Both the position numbers and the translations under genes were made by a program. The notes beneath the pieces are model-generated. The model saw nothing but the letters and a program-made list of their open reading frames with translations, searched no databases and was not told where the DNA came from. A DNA stretch of 63,601 nt, the filler included, from Myxococcota bacterium (GTDB lineage Bacteria > Myxococcota_C > UBA6777): the NCBI GenBank assembly GCA_023150835.1. It is 3 parts of 3 records of this genome, joined end to end, with 100 filler letters (N's around TTAATTAATTAA, not from the genome) between each part and the next. Parts side by side here need not be neighbours in the genome. Positions count along the whole stretch, not along the records: positions 27,032 to 53,655 come from JAKLKB010000094.1; 2 more parts are not named here. One strand, 5' to 3'. The stretch's first letter is position 1. Each line of letters opens with the position of its first letter. Positions 40,361-49,555 of the stretch are shown here, in pieces.

Positions 40361-41461
40361 ATGGCAACCTACTTCGTCACAGGAGCGACAGGCTTTTTGG
40401 GCGCGCATCTTGTGGATGCGCTGCTTGCTGCGGGGCATCAAGTGATCGCTCTTGTGCGCCAACCTCACCCACCACTCACCCAAAAAGGCGTACATACCGT
40501 CCTTGGCGATATCCTCGATATCGAAAGCGTCCGCGCTGCACTACGAACGCTATCCGCCCCATTCGACGGACTTTTTCACGCAGCAGGAAAAGTCTCCCGC
40601 GATCCTGACGATACACTCGCGATGACCCGCATGAACCACCACGGCACACGCAATACACTCAAGGCCGCCAAAGAAGCCGGCATCCCTCGCGTCGTCCATC
40701 TCAGCACTTCAGGAACCGTCGCCATCCGAGAAAAGCCCTCCCCCCTGCCCAACGAGACCTCCCCCACTCCACTCAAACTGCTTGGTCGACTTCCCTATTA
40801 CCGCTCCAAACTCTATGCAGAAGAAGACGCCCTACGCATGAATACTCCCGATTTTGCGGTGGTATCGCTGAATCCCTCTCTTCTGCTTGGCCCGGGCGAT
40901 ATCACAGGAGCCTCCACCAAAGAAGTCCGCCTCTTCCTCGAAGAAAAGATCCCCGCCCTGCCCTCGGGTGGTCTGTCTTTTGTCGATGTTCGCGATGTCG
41001 CCGATATCGCGGTAAGCGCGATCGAAAAAGCCCGCCCCGGGCAACGCTATCTGCTCGGTGGAGCCAATATGACCTTCGCGGACTTTTTTGGCCGCCTCGA
41101 ACGCGTCTCAGGGATCAAAGCCCCCACTCTCCCGATGCCCAAAGACGCCCTCCTTTCCGACCTCAGCCATCGCCTTTTCAAACGAGCCTCCGAAGCTCTC
41201 GGCCACAAGATCCATGTCCTCGACAGCGAGATCGATCAATCCCGTTATTTCTGGTATCTTGACGATACCCGCGCCCGCAAAGAACTCGACTTCAAAACCC
41301 GCGAACCCATGCAAACCCTTTACGACACGGTACAGGATCTTCGCACACGCGGCATCGTCTGGCCCACAGACGACACACCTTCCCTCGATACCAACGCTTG
41401 GCAAGACGACCTGCTTTCCGCCTCATGGCTGCGACAGATCCAAGGCAAAACCGCTCCATGA
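40361..41461 (+). CDS. NAD-dependent epimerase/dehydratase (ElbE/HpnA-like)
   Basis: TGATGFLG, FHAAG, YYRSK, LGPGD, FVDVRDVA. Confidence 0.9.
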   Translation: MATYFVTGATGFLGAHLVDALLAAGHQVIALVRQPHPPLTQKGVHTVLGDILDIESVRAALRTLSAPFDGLFHAAGKVSRDPDDTLAMTRMNHHGTRNTLKAAKEAGIPRVVHLSTSGTVAIREKPSPLPNETSPTPLKLLGRLPYYRSKLYAEEDALRMNTPDFAVVSLNPSLLLGPGDITGASTKEVRLFLEEKIPALPSGGLSFVDVRDVADIAVSAIEKARPGQRYLLGGANMTFADFFGRLERVSGIKAPTLPMPKDALLSDLSHRLFKRASEALGHKIHVLDSEIDQSRYFWYLDDTRARKELDFKTREPMQTLYDTVQDLRTRGIVWPTDDTPSLDTNAWQDDLLSASWLRQIQGKTAP

Positions 41462-42411
41462 AAACCGCACTGATTATTAACCCGCAGTCAGGGGGAGGAC
41501 GGACGCTTCGTCTCTGGCCGCAACTTGAACCCATGATCCGTCACTTTTTACCCGATGCAACGCCCCTTTGGACCGAGCAGATCGGACACGCTTGCACACT
41601 TGCCCAACAAGCCGCTTTTGAAGGTGCGGATCTTGTGATCGCCGTCGGCGGTGACGGCACACTCAACGAAGTCGTCAACGGCTTAATGCGACACCAAAGC
41701 GAGGCCATACGTACCAAAACACCGGATCTGGGGCTTTTTCCACAGGGTACAGGCGGCGATTTTCGCCGTTCGCTTGGCCTCGATCCGACACCCGCCAGCT
41801 ATCTCCAACGCCTCGCTCAGCCACGCACACGCAACCTCGATATCGGCAATCTGCGTTTTCTCGATCACGAAGGCACCCCAACGCAACGATATTTTGTCAA
41901 CGTCGCCTCGGTCGGGCTGGGCGGACTGGTCGATCAGCAGATCCAGCACACACGCAGCTCCAATGCCCAACGTGCCTACCTCGCCGCTTCCTTGCATGCG
42001 CTTCGAGACAACGTCTTGGCTCCGCTTCACATCGAGATCGCAGCACCACACGCCCCGACGACGCGCACCCAACAGCAACTACACTCTCGCAATCTGGCGA
42101 TCTGCAATGCCCGATTCTTCGGCGGCGGGATGCAGATCGCTCCCCATGCACGACCTGATGACGGGCTTTTTGATGTCGTCAACTTTGCCCACCCTTCCCG
42201 CCTTCATCTCATCCCCTTGCTCCCCTCCCTCTACGAGGGCAAACACCTCACACGGGCGCACGTCCAATCTTTTCGTGCTGCCGACCTCCACATCACACTC
42301 GCTGATCCCGACCTCGCCGATCGCGTCCTCCTTGATGTGGACGGTGAGGCCCTTGGCCGCCTCCCCCTTCGCGTCGAAATGATACCTTCCGCCCTTCGCT
42401 TGCGCCTTTGA
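41458..42411 (+). CDS. Diacylglycerol/lipid kinase family protein (YegS/DagK-like)
   Basis: INPQSG, VGGDGTLNEV, GTGGDF, FGGG, DGLFDV, DVDGE; ATGA overlap with upstream gene. Confidence 0.92.
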   Translation: MKTALIINPQSGGGRTLRLWPQLEPMIRHFLPDATPLWTEQIGHACTLAQQAAFEGADLVIAVGGDGTLNEVVNGLMRHQSEAIRTKTPDLGLFPQGTGGDFRRSLGLDPTPASYLQRLAQPRTRNLDIGNLRFLDHEGTPTQRYFVNVASVGLGGLVDQQIQHTRSSNAQRAYLAASLHALRDNVLAPLHIEIAAPHAPTTRTQQQLHSRNLAICNARFFGGGMQIAPHARPDDGLFDVVNFAHPSRLHLIPLLPSLYEGKHLTRAHVQSFRAADLHITLADPDLADRVLLDVDGEALGRLPLRVEMIPSALRLRL

Positions 42412-42443
42412 TCACCCAAAAAACACAAGCCCCACTCTCGCCG

Positions 42444-44990
42444 CTAATACTTCAAGCGCGCCCACAGCATCATATCGAATTTTTCTTGGGGATAGAGCAA
42501 CACGTTGTTCGCGTCGTAGTTATCGCGATTTAGAAGATTACTCAAACGCAAGATCAGATCGAGATGCCCAAAGATCCGCTGCACTTGGAAAGTAAAGTAA
42601 GACTGAATAAACCAAGGCGTCTCCAACGCAGGATCGTCTGCCGCCGTCCAGTTCGGCACAGTCTGCCCTCCCGGAAGTGTCCCTGTCATGGTAAAGGCGA
42701 TCGCTGGAGTCTTTTTGGGACTCGCCACCGTCATCCCCAATGAAAAGACCAGATCGATGGGCTTGAGGCGCAGCTTGTAAGACGCCATCAAGTTCGCCGT
42801 CAACCACGCCGCATAATCGGGGGCTTGGAAGAACTTGGTTTCTCCGTTCGCTTGGGTGTTTTGGAAGAACACCCCGAAACTGGCACGCACATTCAAACCA
42901 CGCACAAAAAACAAGCGTAGCTCGGCTTCTCCGCCGTAAGTGTAAAGATCCCCTTCGTTGGCTTTTTGACGAAAGGCTGCGGTCGGATCAGGCCGTTGTG
43001 ACTCAGGAAAGCTTTCGGCAGATTCAAGCGGGTCTCCTGCTTTCCGCACAGCGTAAGCGATGAGGTTTCGGAAATAAGAAAAATACCCGTTGAGGCTGAC
43101 CGCCATCACGTTTCGGCGCGACCAACCCAACTGAAGCTCCCCAGTATGCACGCTCTCAGGTGCCACCTTTGGATTCCCGTAAAAGTTATTCTTGCGATAA
43201 AAATACAGATCGTGAAACGACGGCGCTTTGAAGGCGTTGCCGTAGAGCAGCTTGGTATAAAAACCACCCCCCGGCGTCAAAACCACCGCAGCACGGGGCG
43301 TTGCCACAAACCCATACCGTTGGTCGTAGTCGACACGCCCCCCTAAAGTAAACTCCACAAACTGCCCCACTTTGTATTGTAGTTGCAAAAAGCCGCTGGC
43401 ATGGATGTTATCGAAAAACGGATCGCTGATCTTGTCGGCTTGCCAAACCTCGGGAAAGTAAAATCGCAAGAGGTTCACGTACTCGAAATCAAAACCGACC
43501 GTCGCAGAAAGCCCCCGAACGATCTGCGCGCTCAACTGCCCGCCCGCTTCGACACGCACATCACGCGCTGCCAGCTTCACAATTCGACGCTTCGTCGGAT
43601 CGAATGCCTGTTCCTCGTATTGTGCGCCATCAATAAACTGATAATGATCAAACGACGACCACAACACCAACTGCCCCCAAGAACCCAACAACGTTGCCCA
43701 CGCAAGACGCACAAAGTGCCGATCTGTCGAAAGACGTGTATCGTCCCCGTCGAGATTGCTAAAGCTACTCATCGGCCCCGTCGGATCATAGCGGCTTTGG
43801 TGATAAGTTAAGTTCCAACCCCGCCAAGTGATCTGCGTAAAGAAATTTTGCGAGTAACTTCGATCTCCCAACGGGATGTGGCGGATCGGAGTGCCTCCCT
43901 TCAAGTTCAAAAACTCGTAGATCGGAGCCAAGATCGGGCTACGGTTCTCGTTCACCATCGAAAAAGAGGCCCGAAAATTCAAGCCGCCAAAGACTTCTTG
44001 CCCGCCCTGTAACGTCAAAAAGCTGCTTTGACTCAGAGGACTCCCGCCGATCGTTCCTGACAAGCCCTTGAGATCCGTTCCTGTCTTGGTGATGATGTTG
44101 ATCACGCCGCTAAGAGCGTTTGCGCCCCAAAGAGCCGAACCCGGGCCTCGGATGATCTCGATCCGCTTGATGTTGTCGATGCTAACCCAAGATGAATTGA
44201 TATAGTTCCGAAAGAACTGCCGCCATGCCATGATATGACCGTCCAACAACACCACGATCTTCTCTCCATAAGAGATCCGTGGATTGACGCCCCGCATCCC
44301 GATATCCGGCCAGTGACCGTTGTTATTGATATCGATCCCCACCACATAACGCATCAAGTCCAGCAAAGAACGATGCCCGCTGTCTCGGATATCCGCCTCC
44401 GTAATAACCGTCACCACCGCAGGCGCACTTTGGATGCGTTCTTCTTTCCTCGATGCTGTAAAGACTTTGCCTTCTTCTTCGCCGAATTCCTCTTCGTCTG
44501 TGCTTGGTGCTGTCGGCGCATCTCCCGCGATAGTTGGTGCATCCCCCACCGTAATCTGAGAGGGCGATGCTTCGGACGCAAACAACGCCACAGGTTTTTT
44601 GTTGACGTCCACCCCCCGCACATAATACTCCATCGCAGGCTTACGGACTTGGATACTCTCCAAGATCATCCGATAGCGATCTCCCCCAAACAACGTCATC
44701 CGCGAGCAAAGATAACGCACCTCGCCTTTTCGTCGAAAGCAAAAAGACACCTCGTCGAGATCATCGTTGTTCGTGATCTGCCCCTCCAGCACATAGCGCG
44801 TCCCCGCCTGTAGTCGTTGCGGAGGCTTGTGAACAAAAGCCAATTTCTCGGCTTTCCCTTCAGCGGATGCTGTTTTCCCCGCAAATAGCGCCATACAAAC
44901 AACCATAGACGCCCACACTCCCACAAAACAGGCCCCGTTTTTCAAGAGAGATCCCAAGATAGCTCTTTCCCACTCAAACGCTCGGTGCAT
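42444..44990 (-). CDS. TonB-dependent receptor with N-terminal extension
   Basis: TASRKEE..AP..VTVIT, NIKRIEIIRGPGSALWGANALSGVINIITK plug motif, FKAPSF, NLLN, terminal aromatic residue; start uncertain. Confidence 0.92.
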   Translation of the reverse strand: MHRAFEWERAILGSLLKNGACFVGVWASMVVCMALFAGKTASAEGKAEKLAFVHKPPQRLQAGTRYVLEGQITNNDDLDEVSFCFRRKGEVRYLCSRMTLFGGDRYRMILESIQVRKPAMEYYVRGVDVNKKPVALFASEASPSQITVGDAPTIAGDAPTAPSTDEEEFGEEEGKVFTASRKEERIQSAPAVVTVITEADIRDSGHRSLLDLMRYVVGIDINNNGHWPDIGMRGVNPRISYGEKIVVLLDGHIMAWRQFFRNYINSSWVSIDNIKRIEIIRGPGSALWGANALSGVINIITKTGTDLKGLSGTIGGSPLSQSSFLTLQGGQEVFGGLNFRASFSMVNENRSPILAPIYEFLNLKGGTPIRHIPLGDRSYSQNFFTQITWRGWNLTYHQSRYDPTGPMSSFSNLDGDDTRLSTDRHFVRLAWATLLGSWGQLVLWSSFDHYQFIDGAQYEEQAFDPTKRRIVKLAARDVRVEAGGQLSAQIVRGLSATVGFDFEYVNLLRFYFPEVWQADKISDPFFDNIHASGFLQLQYKVGQFVEFTLGGRVDYDQRYGFVATPRAAVVLTPGGGFYTKLLYGNAFKAPSFHDLYFYRKNNFYGNPKVAPESVHTGELQLGWSRRNVMAVSLNGYFSYFRNLIAYAVRKAGDPLESAESFPESQRPDPTAAFRQKANEGDLYTYGGEAELRLFFVRGLNVRASFGVFFQNTQANGETKFFQAPDYAAWLTANLMASYKLRLKPIDLVFSLGMTVASPKKTPAIAFTMTGTLPGGQTVPNWTAADDPALETPWFIQSYFTFQVQRIFGHLDLILRLSNLLNRDNYDANNVLLYPQEKFDMMLWARLKY

Positions 44991-45089
44991 CAGCTTCTCC
45001 CTCTTTTGCGATTAGGCAATTGCACAAACCAACACCCCATTGTACGACGACGTCTCTCGCGTTCTATCGCTTCGGCCTCACGCGATGGC

Positions 45090-45216
45090 CAAAAAAAGCC
45101 GTCTTCGCGCCGTTTCAAGCGACAGAGTTGCCAGTTTGAAAAACGTATGTTTTCTTCGCCAACGCGGGGTCAAGGGAGCCGCGCTCCCTTGTGGGGTGTG
45201 GGGCAACGCCCCACAA
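45090..45216 (+). repeat. Dispersed ~125-bp multi-hairpin element, copy E
   Basis: TTCGCG..TTCAAGCG...TGAAAAAC...GGGGTCAAGGGAGCCGCGCTCCCTTGTGGGGTGTGGGGCAACGCCCCAC. Confidence 0.87.
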
Positions 45217-45386
45217 CACCATCCGACTGCGTCTCTCGTTTTCTATCGAACTCGAATCAAAAACGGTTTTAGCACGAATCACACACCGTAGACAACGAGT
45301 TTTTTCTGCTCGTCTTGCCAAAGACAAAAAAGAAAGATACACAAAGAACCACTCCACACCTCTTCATTCTGCCAAAGGATATCGAG

Positions 45387-46298
45387 ATGCCCCAACAAAA
45401 GATCCCCACGCCACCCCACAACAACAACGACGCCGCTGCCTCCAAGAGCGCGGAACTTACAAGCCCGCTGCTCCAACGCCCGCTCCCTCCACGCCATCAC
45501 GCCAAACTTAAAACCTACCTGCTCGGGATGTTGCATCTCCCACGTCTACTCGAAGGCCCCGCAGCCCTGCCGATGCGCCAGATCGTTCAACGAGCCATCA
45601 TAGACGCACAGATCCTCACCGATGCTGGTTTCGACGCCCTGATCATCGAGAACTTTGGCGACACTCCTTTTTACCCCGATCAAGTCCCTCCCCACACTGT
45701 CTCCGCGATCACACGCGTTGCCTGTGCTGTTCAAGACGCCCTCCATCAACGCCATGCGTCTCCCCCTCACCTCGGGATCAATGTTTTGCGCAACGATGCT
45801 GTCGCGGCCCTTTCGATCGCTGCGGCGAGCGATGCAGCGTTTGTACGCATCAACGTCCACAGCGGAGCCATGATCACCGATCAAGGTATCATCGAAGGAA
45901 AAGCTCACATCACCCTACGCCTTCGCCAACAGATCGCCCCCAACGTACGGATACTCGCCGATATCCGAGTCAAACATGCCGCGCCTATCGCTCCGCGCTT
46001 ACCTGCCGACGAAGCCCTCGATACATGGCAACGCGCCCATGCCGATGGCATCGTCCTTTCAGGCTCACACACAGGCTCTCCCACCAACCCCCGAACCCTC
46101 CAAGAACTCCGCGAAGCACTCCCCGAATGCCCCCTTTACATCGGCTCGGGCGCAACCATCGAACAACTGCCCAACCTCCTCCCCCATGCTACGGGGCTTA
46201 TCGTTGGGACATCGCTCAAATACAACGGCATCTCCACCGAAGCCGTCGATCCCCAACGAGCCGAAGCCTTTGTGCGCGCTGTCCACAACCACCCATAA
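45387..46298 (+). CDS. btpA: BtpA/SgcQ family protein
   Basis: GMLHL, IENFGDTPF, GINVLRND, TDQGIIEG, VKHA, GSG, VGTSLK; start uncertain. Confidence 0.9.
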   Translation: MPQQKIPTPPHNNNDAAASKSAELTSPLLQRPLPPRHHAKLKTYLLGMLHLPRLLEGPAALPMRQIVQRAIIDAQILTDAGFDALIIENFGDTPFYPDQVPPHTVSAITRVACAVQDALHQRHASPPHLGINVLRNDAVAALSIAAASDAAFVRINVHSGAMITDQGIIEGKAHITLRLRQQIAPNVRILADIRVKHAAPIAPRLPADEALDTWQRAHADGIVLSGSHTGSPTNPRTLQELREALPECPLYIGSGATIEQLPNLLPHATGLIVGTSLKYNGISTEAVDPQRAEAFVRAVHNHP

Positions 46299-46306
46299 CC
46301 CGATCA

Positions 46307-46672
46307 ATCCGCCTGTTTTGGCACCACCGACCACCCAAAAAACCTGTCATCCGCCTGTTTTGGCACCACCGACCACCCAAATAACCTGTCATCAGCTTGT
46401 TTTGGCACCACCGACCACCCAAATAACCTGTCATCAGCTTGTTTTGGCACCACCGACCACCCCAAAGGACCTGTCATCCGCTTGTTTTGGCACCACCGAC
46501 CACCCAAATAGCCTGTCATCCGCTTGTTTTGGCACCACCGACCACCCAAATAGCCTGTCATCAGCTTGTTTTGGCACCACCGACCACCCAAATAACCTGT
46601 CATCCGCTTGTTTTGGCACCACCGACCACCCAAATAACCTGTCATCAGCTTGTTTTGGCACCACCGACCACC
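46307..46672. repeat. 42-bp tandem repeat, 9 copies (one 43 bp), no unique spacers
   Basis: TGTTTTGGCACCACCGACCAC at 46314, 46356, 46398, 46440, 46483, 46525, 46567, 46609, 46651. Confidence 0.96.
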
Positions 46673-46752
46673 GCTGCGACGCTTGCGCTTTTCGTGCATT
46701 TGTGGAAACGTCACCCACCCACCCAAGCCACCCAAGCATGGAGGCCTCTGTC

Positions 46753-47682
46753 ATGACATCCAACATCATCGAAGTCGTCCCCTTACGCTACGATGTCGCT
46801 TTCAAAAAAGCCTTCGGCCAAGTCGATGTCTTTAACGCCTTTGTCCGCGACGTCCTCGACATCGAATTTGAAGTCGATGAGGTGATCCAAGAGTACAGCT
46901 ACCACGAGCAGATCGGTCGCGTAAAGCTCAAGTACAACCTGTTCGCCGAAGACAAACAACGCCGCGTCATCGTTGAAGTTCAACATGCTTACGAGTCCGA
47001 TTTTTTCGACCGCTTTCTTTATTACCACCTCGTAGGCATGATCGAACAAGTCCACAACTTCCGTGACTACCGCTTCCAAAAGACCGTCTACACCATCGTC
47101 CTTCTCACCAGTCTCCCCAAAGATACCGAACGCCTCTTTGGCACACTCAACGTCTCGTTCCAATCCATCGACGAATACCAACACGAACATCGCCTCTTTC
47201 CCCACCGCCTGATCTTCCTCAACCCCAACCTTCTCAACGAACGCATCTCTCCCAATGTCCGCCTCTGGCTTCAAGCCGTCCAAGACTCCCTCGATAACTC
47301 TGTCGATCTTTCCGCCTATCAACAGCACCCCACCCTCCAACGCGCCTTCCTCTCTGTCCAAAAGCAAGCCTTCTCCCCCGAAGACTTCGCAAAGCTGAAA
47401 GACGAAGCCGCTTGGGAACTCACCAAACAACTCAGCCGCGAAGAAGGCCACAAAGAAGGCCGCGAAGAAGGCCGCGAAGAAGGCCGCGAAGAAGGCCGCG
47501 AAGAAGGCCGCAAAGAAGGCCACAAAGAAGTCGCCAAAAACCTACTCGCCCAACACCTCCCACACAACCTGATCGCCAACGCCACCGGTCTTTCCCTCCA
47601 AGAGATCGCCGATCTCGCACCTTCCACTTCGCCTCCGCCGCCCCCCACAAAAACCACGTCCTCCCGCAAGAAAAAAACCTAA
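46753..47682 (+). CDS. Rpn-family / PD-(D/E)XK nuclease (putative transposase-like) protein
   Basis: GGAGG RBS; D.AFKK.F, IVEVQ, F..RF.YY, (EEGR)n repeats, C-terminal IA.ATGLS.QEI. Confidence 0.88.
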   Translation: MTSNIIEVVPLRYDVAFKKAFGQVDVFNAFVRDVLDIEFEVDEVIQEYSYHEQIGRVKLKYNLFAEDKQRRVIVEVQHAYESDFFDRFLYYHLVGMIEQVHNFRDYRFQKTVYTIVLLTSLPKDTERLFGTLNVSFQSIDEYQHEHRLFPHRLIFLNPNLLNERISPNVRLWLQAVQDSLDNSVDLSAYQQHPTLQRAFLSVQKQAFSPEDFAKLKDEAAWELTKQLSREEGHKEGREEGREEGREEGREEGRKEGHKEVAKNLLAQHLPHNLIANATGLSLQEIADLAPSTSPPPPPTKTTSSRKKKT

Positions 47683-47694
47683 GCCATCGAGAAC

Positions 47695-48876
47695 TTACGC
47701 ACTTTTCAACGCCTCGATCAAGCGCCCAGCTTCTTCGTAAGAGGCCGATCCTTTGGGACTGATCGATTGCACCTGTTGGGCGAGATCACTTGCTTCTTTG
47801 GGCTGGCTTTGCAGAGCATGACAAAGAGCGAGATTCAACAACGGCTCTGGGCGCTGTGGGGCGAGGCGTTGTGCTTGGCACAAACAACCCATCGCTTCTT
47901 CGTAGCGATGCAAGTGCAACCACAACTGCCCGAGGCCATTGTGAGCTTGCCATGCCCGAGGTTCGCGGCGGATCGCCGAAAGATAGAAATCTTCGGCATC
48001 TTCGGCTTTTTGCAACACTTGGTACACCTCACCGAGATGAAAGTGGACCTCCCAACGTTCTGGCTCCATCGCCAAGGCATCCAAAAAAGCCTGTTCGGCT
48101 TGTTCAAACCGCCCCAACATCAACAAACATCGGCCCTGCAACAAGATATCCGAATGGTTCCCCCGCGATCTCCTGAGAGCCTCCGCTTGTTCCAAAGCAA
48201 GCGCGGGCTGTTGAGAAGCAAGAAACATCTCATACAAGCGTTCTCGCAATCCTTCGGGATCAGCGACGACTTGCGCGCCTTCCTGATACAGCTTGATCGC
48301 TTGATCCAGCTTGCCTGCCTGTTGCAAGACGGCTCCCAACTGAAGATACGTCCCCAAACGACGGGGGTCGCGCAGCAGAGCTTCTGTCCAAACGCGGATC
48401 GCCTCACCTTTTCGGCCTTTGTCGAGCCATAGCTGCCCCAAAACATCGTAATGCGGCAGATGATCGGGATCCAAAGCAACACAGCGACGGGCAGCTTCGA
48501 TCGCGTCTTCTTGCCGCTCTACCGAACGATACGCCAAGGCAAGGTTGGCGTAGATCAACGCCAATCCCGGGGCCAAAGCTCGCGCACGTTCCAACACCTC
48601 TACCGCTTCATCTGGCTTTCCGCGCCTCAAACACAATAGCCCTTCCAAGGCTATCGCTTCGGCATCTTCGGGATCAGCCTCCAACAAGACCCGCAGATGG
48701 ATCTCTGCATCGTGCGGCTGCTGCTGGATCAAGGCGATCCGCGCCAAACAACGACGCGCTTCTTGCCAATCTTCGGGCGTCTGCAACGCACACAAAAAAT
48801 ACGTCTTGGCTTCCGCCAAAGCCCCTCGCTGGAGTGCGATCTGCCCCATCTCCAGCGCACTTTCATCTGCTTTCAT
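47695..48876 (-). CDS. Tetratricopeptide repeat protein
   Basis: About 10 TPR-like units, e.g. LGAVLQQAGKLDQAIKLYQEG. Confidence 0.9.
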   Translation of the reverse strand: MKADESALEMGQIALQRGALAEAKTYFLCALQTPEDWQEARRCLARIALIQQQPHDAEIHLRVLLEADPEDAEAIALEGLLCLRRGKPDEAVEVLERARALAPGLALIYANLALAYRSVERQEDAIEAARRCVALDPDHLPHYDVLGQLWLDKGRKGEAIRVWTEALLRDPRRLGTYLQLGAVLQQAGKLDQAIKLYQEGAQVVADPEGLRERLYEMFLASQQPALALEQAEALRRSRGNHSDILLQGRCLLMLGRFEQAEQAFLDALAMEPERWEVHFHLGEVYQVLQKAEDAEDFYLSAIRREPRAWQAHNGLGQLWLHLHRYEEAMGCLCQAQRLAPQRPEPLLNLALCHALQSQPKEASDLAQQVQSISPKGSASYEEAGRLIEALKSA

Positions 48877-48979
48877 GCTTTCTTCCTTTCCACCCAAATC
48901 GAAAAAACAACGAACCCTCAAAAACAACGTGCGTCAAGATGCCTCTTTCGCCCCAAACCACCCTCCCAAGGAGTACACG

Positions 48980-49555
48980 ATGGCTGTTTTCATCCGACAC
49001 AAAAGCACAAACCCTGCATCGCTCCTCAAACGCCTACCCAAGGCCCAGATCATTGACGTCACCTCGAAAGGCGGATCACCTTGGGTACGTTTTAGTCCGT
49101 TCTATCCGCTTGGCGATATCCCTGTTCCTTTCTCAACAGGCCATACCAGCCGATCTGTCGAAGGGATCTGGCAAGCCCTCAAGGTCTTTGAACACCGCGA
49201 CGTCGATCCCCACAAACTCACGATCACGGACATGAAGGGACTCAAGCGCACTGTCCGCAGTTTTGGCGCAGTCCTCGGACATCGCAACGGACTTCACGGC
49301 AACGAACTCTTGCCCTACATCAAGGCACGATACACGATCTACCTTCCGACTTATCGGTGGGCACTCGATCACAAACTCCAAACAGAAGTCGCCGCCCTGC
49401 TCGATATCATGCAACACCATGATCTTGTACTCCTTGATTACGAAACCAACGAAGATATCGACGATCCACGCAAACCGCTTTCCCACGCAGGGCTGATCAA
49501 ACGCTACCTCGAAAACACATGGCCGATCTCCGACGCCCCCTCTACAGCGCAATAA
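48980..49555 (+). CDS. DUF6939-like protein
   Basis: AAGGAG RBS; DVTSK, SPFYP.G.IPVPFS, VEGIWQ.LKVFE, KRTVR.FG...GH, LLDYETN, PLSHA. Confidence 0.8.
   Translation: MAVFIRHKSTNPASLLKRLPKAQIIDVTSKGGSPWVRFSPFYPLGDIPVPFSTGHTSRSVEGIWQALKVFEHRDVDPHKLTITDMKGLKRTVRSFGAVLGHRNGLHGNELLPYIKARYTIYLPTYRWALDHKLQTEVAALLDIMQHHDLVLLDYETNEDIDDPRKPLSHAGLIKRYLENTWPISDAPSTAQ

Noticed and set aside
46307-46672. CRISPR array
   Set aside because: Units are contiguous near-identical 42-mers with no unique spacers, and no cas genes are nearby
45976-46752. N-terminal extension of the Rpn ORF (568 aa in the ORF track)
   Set aside because: Overlaps btpA out of frame and runs through a tandem array; a good RBS and family-typical start exist at 46753
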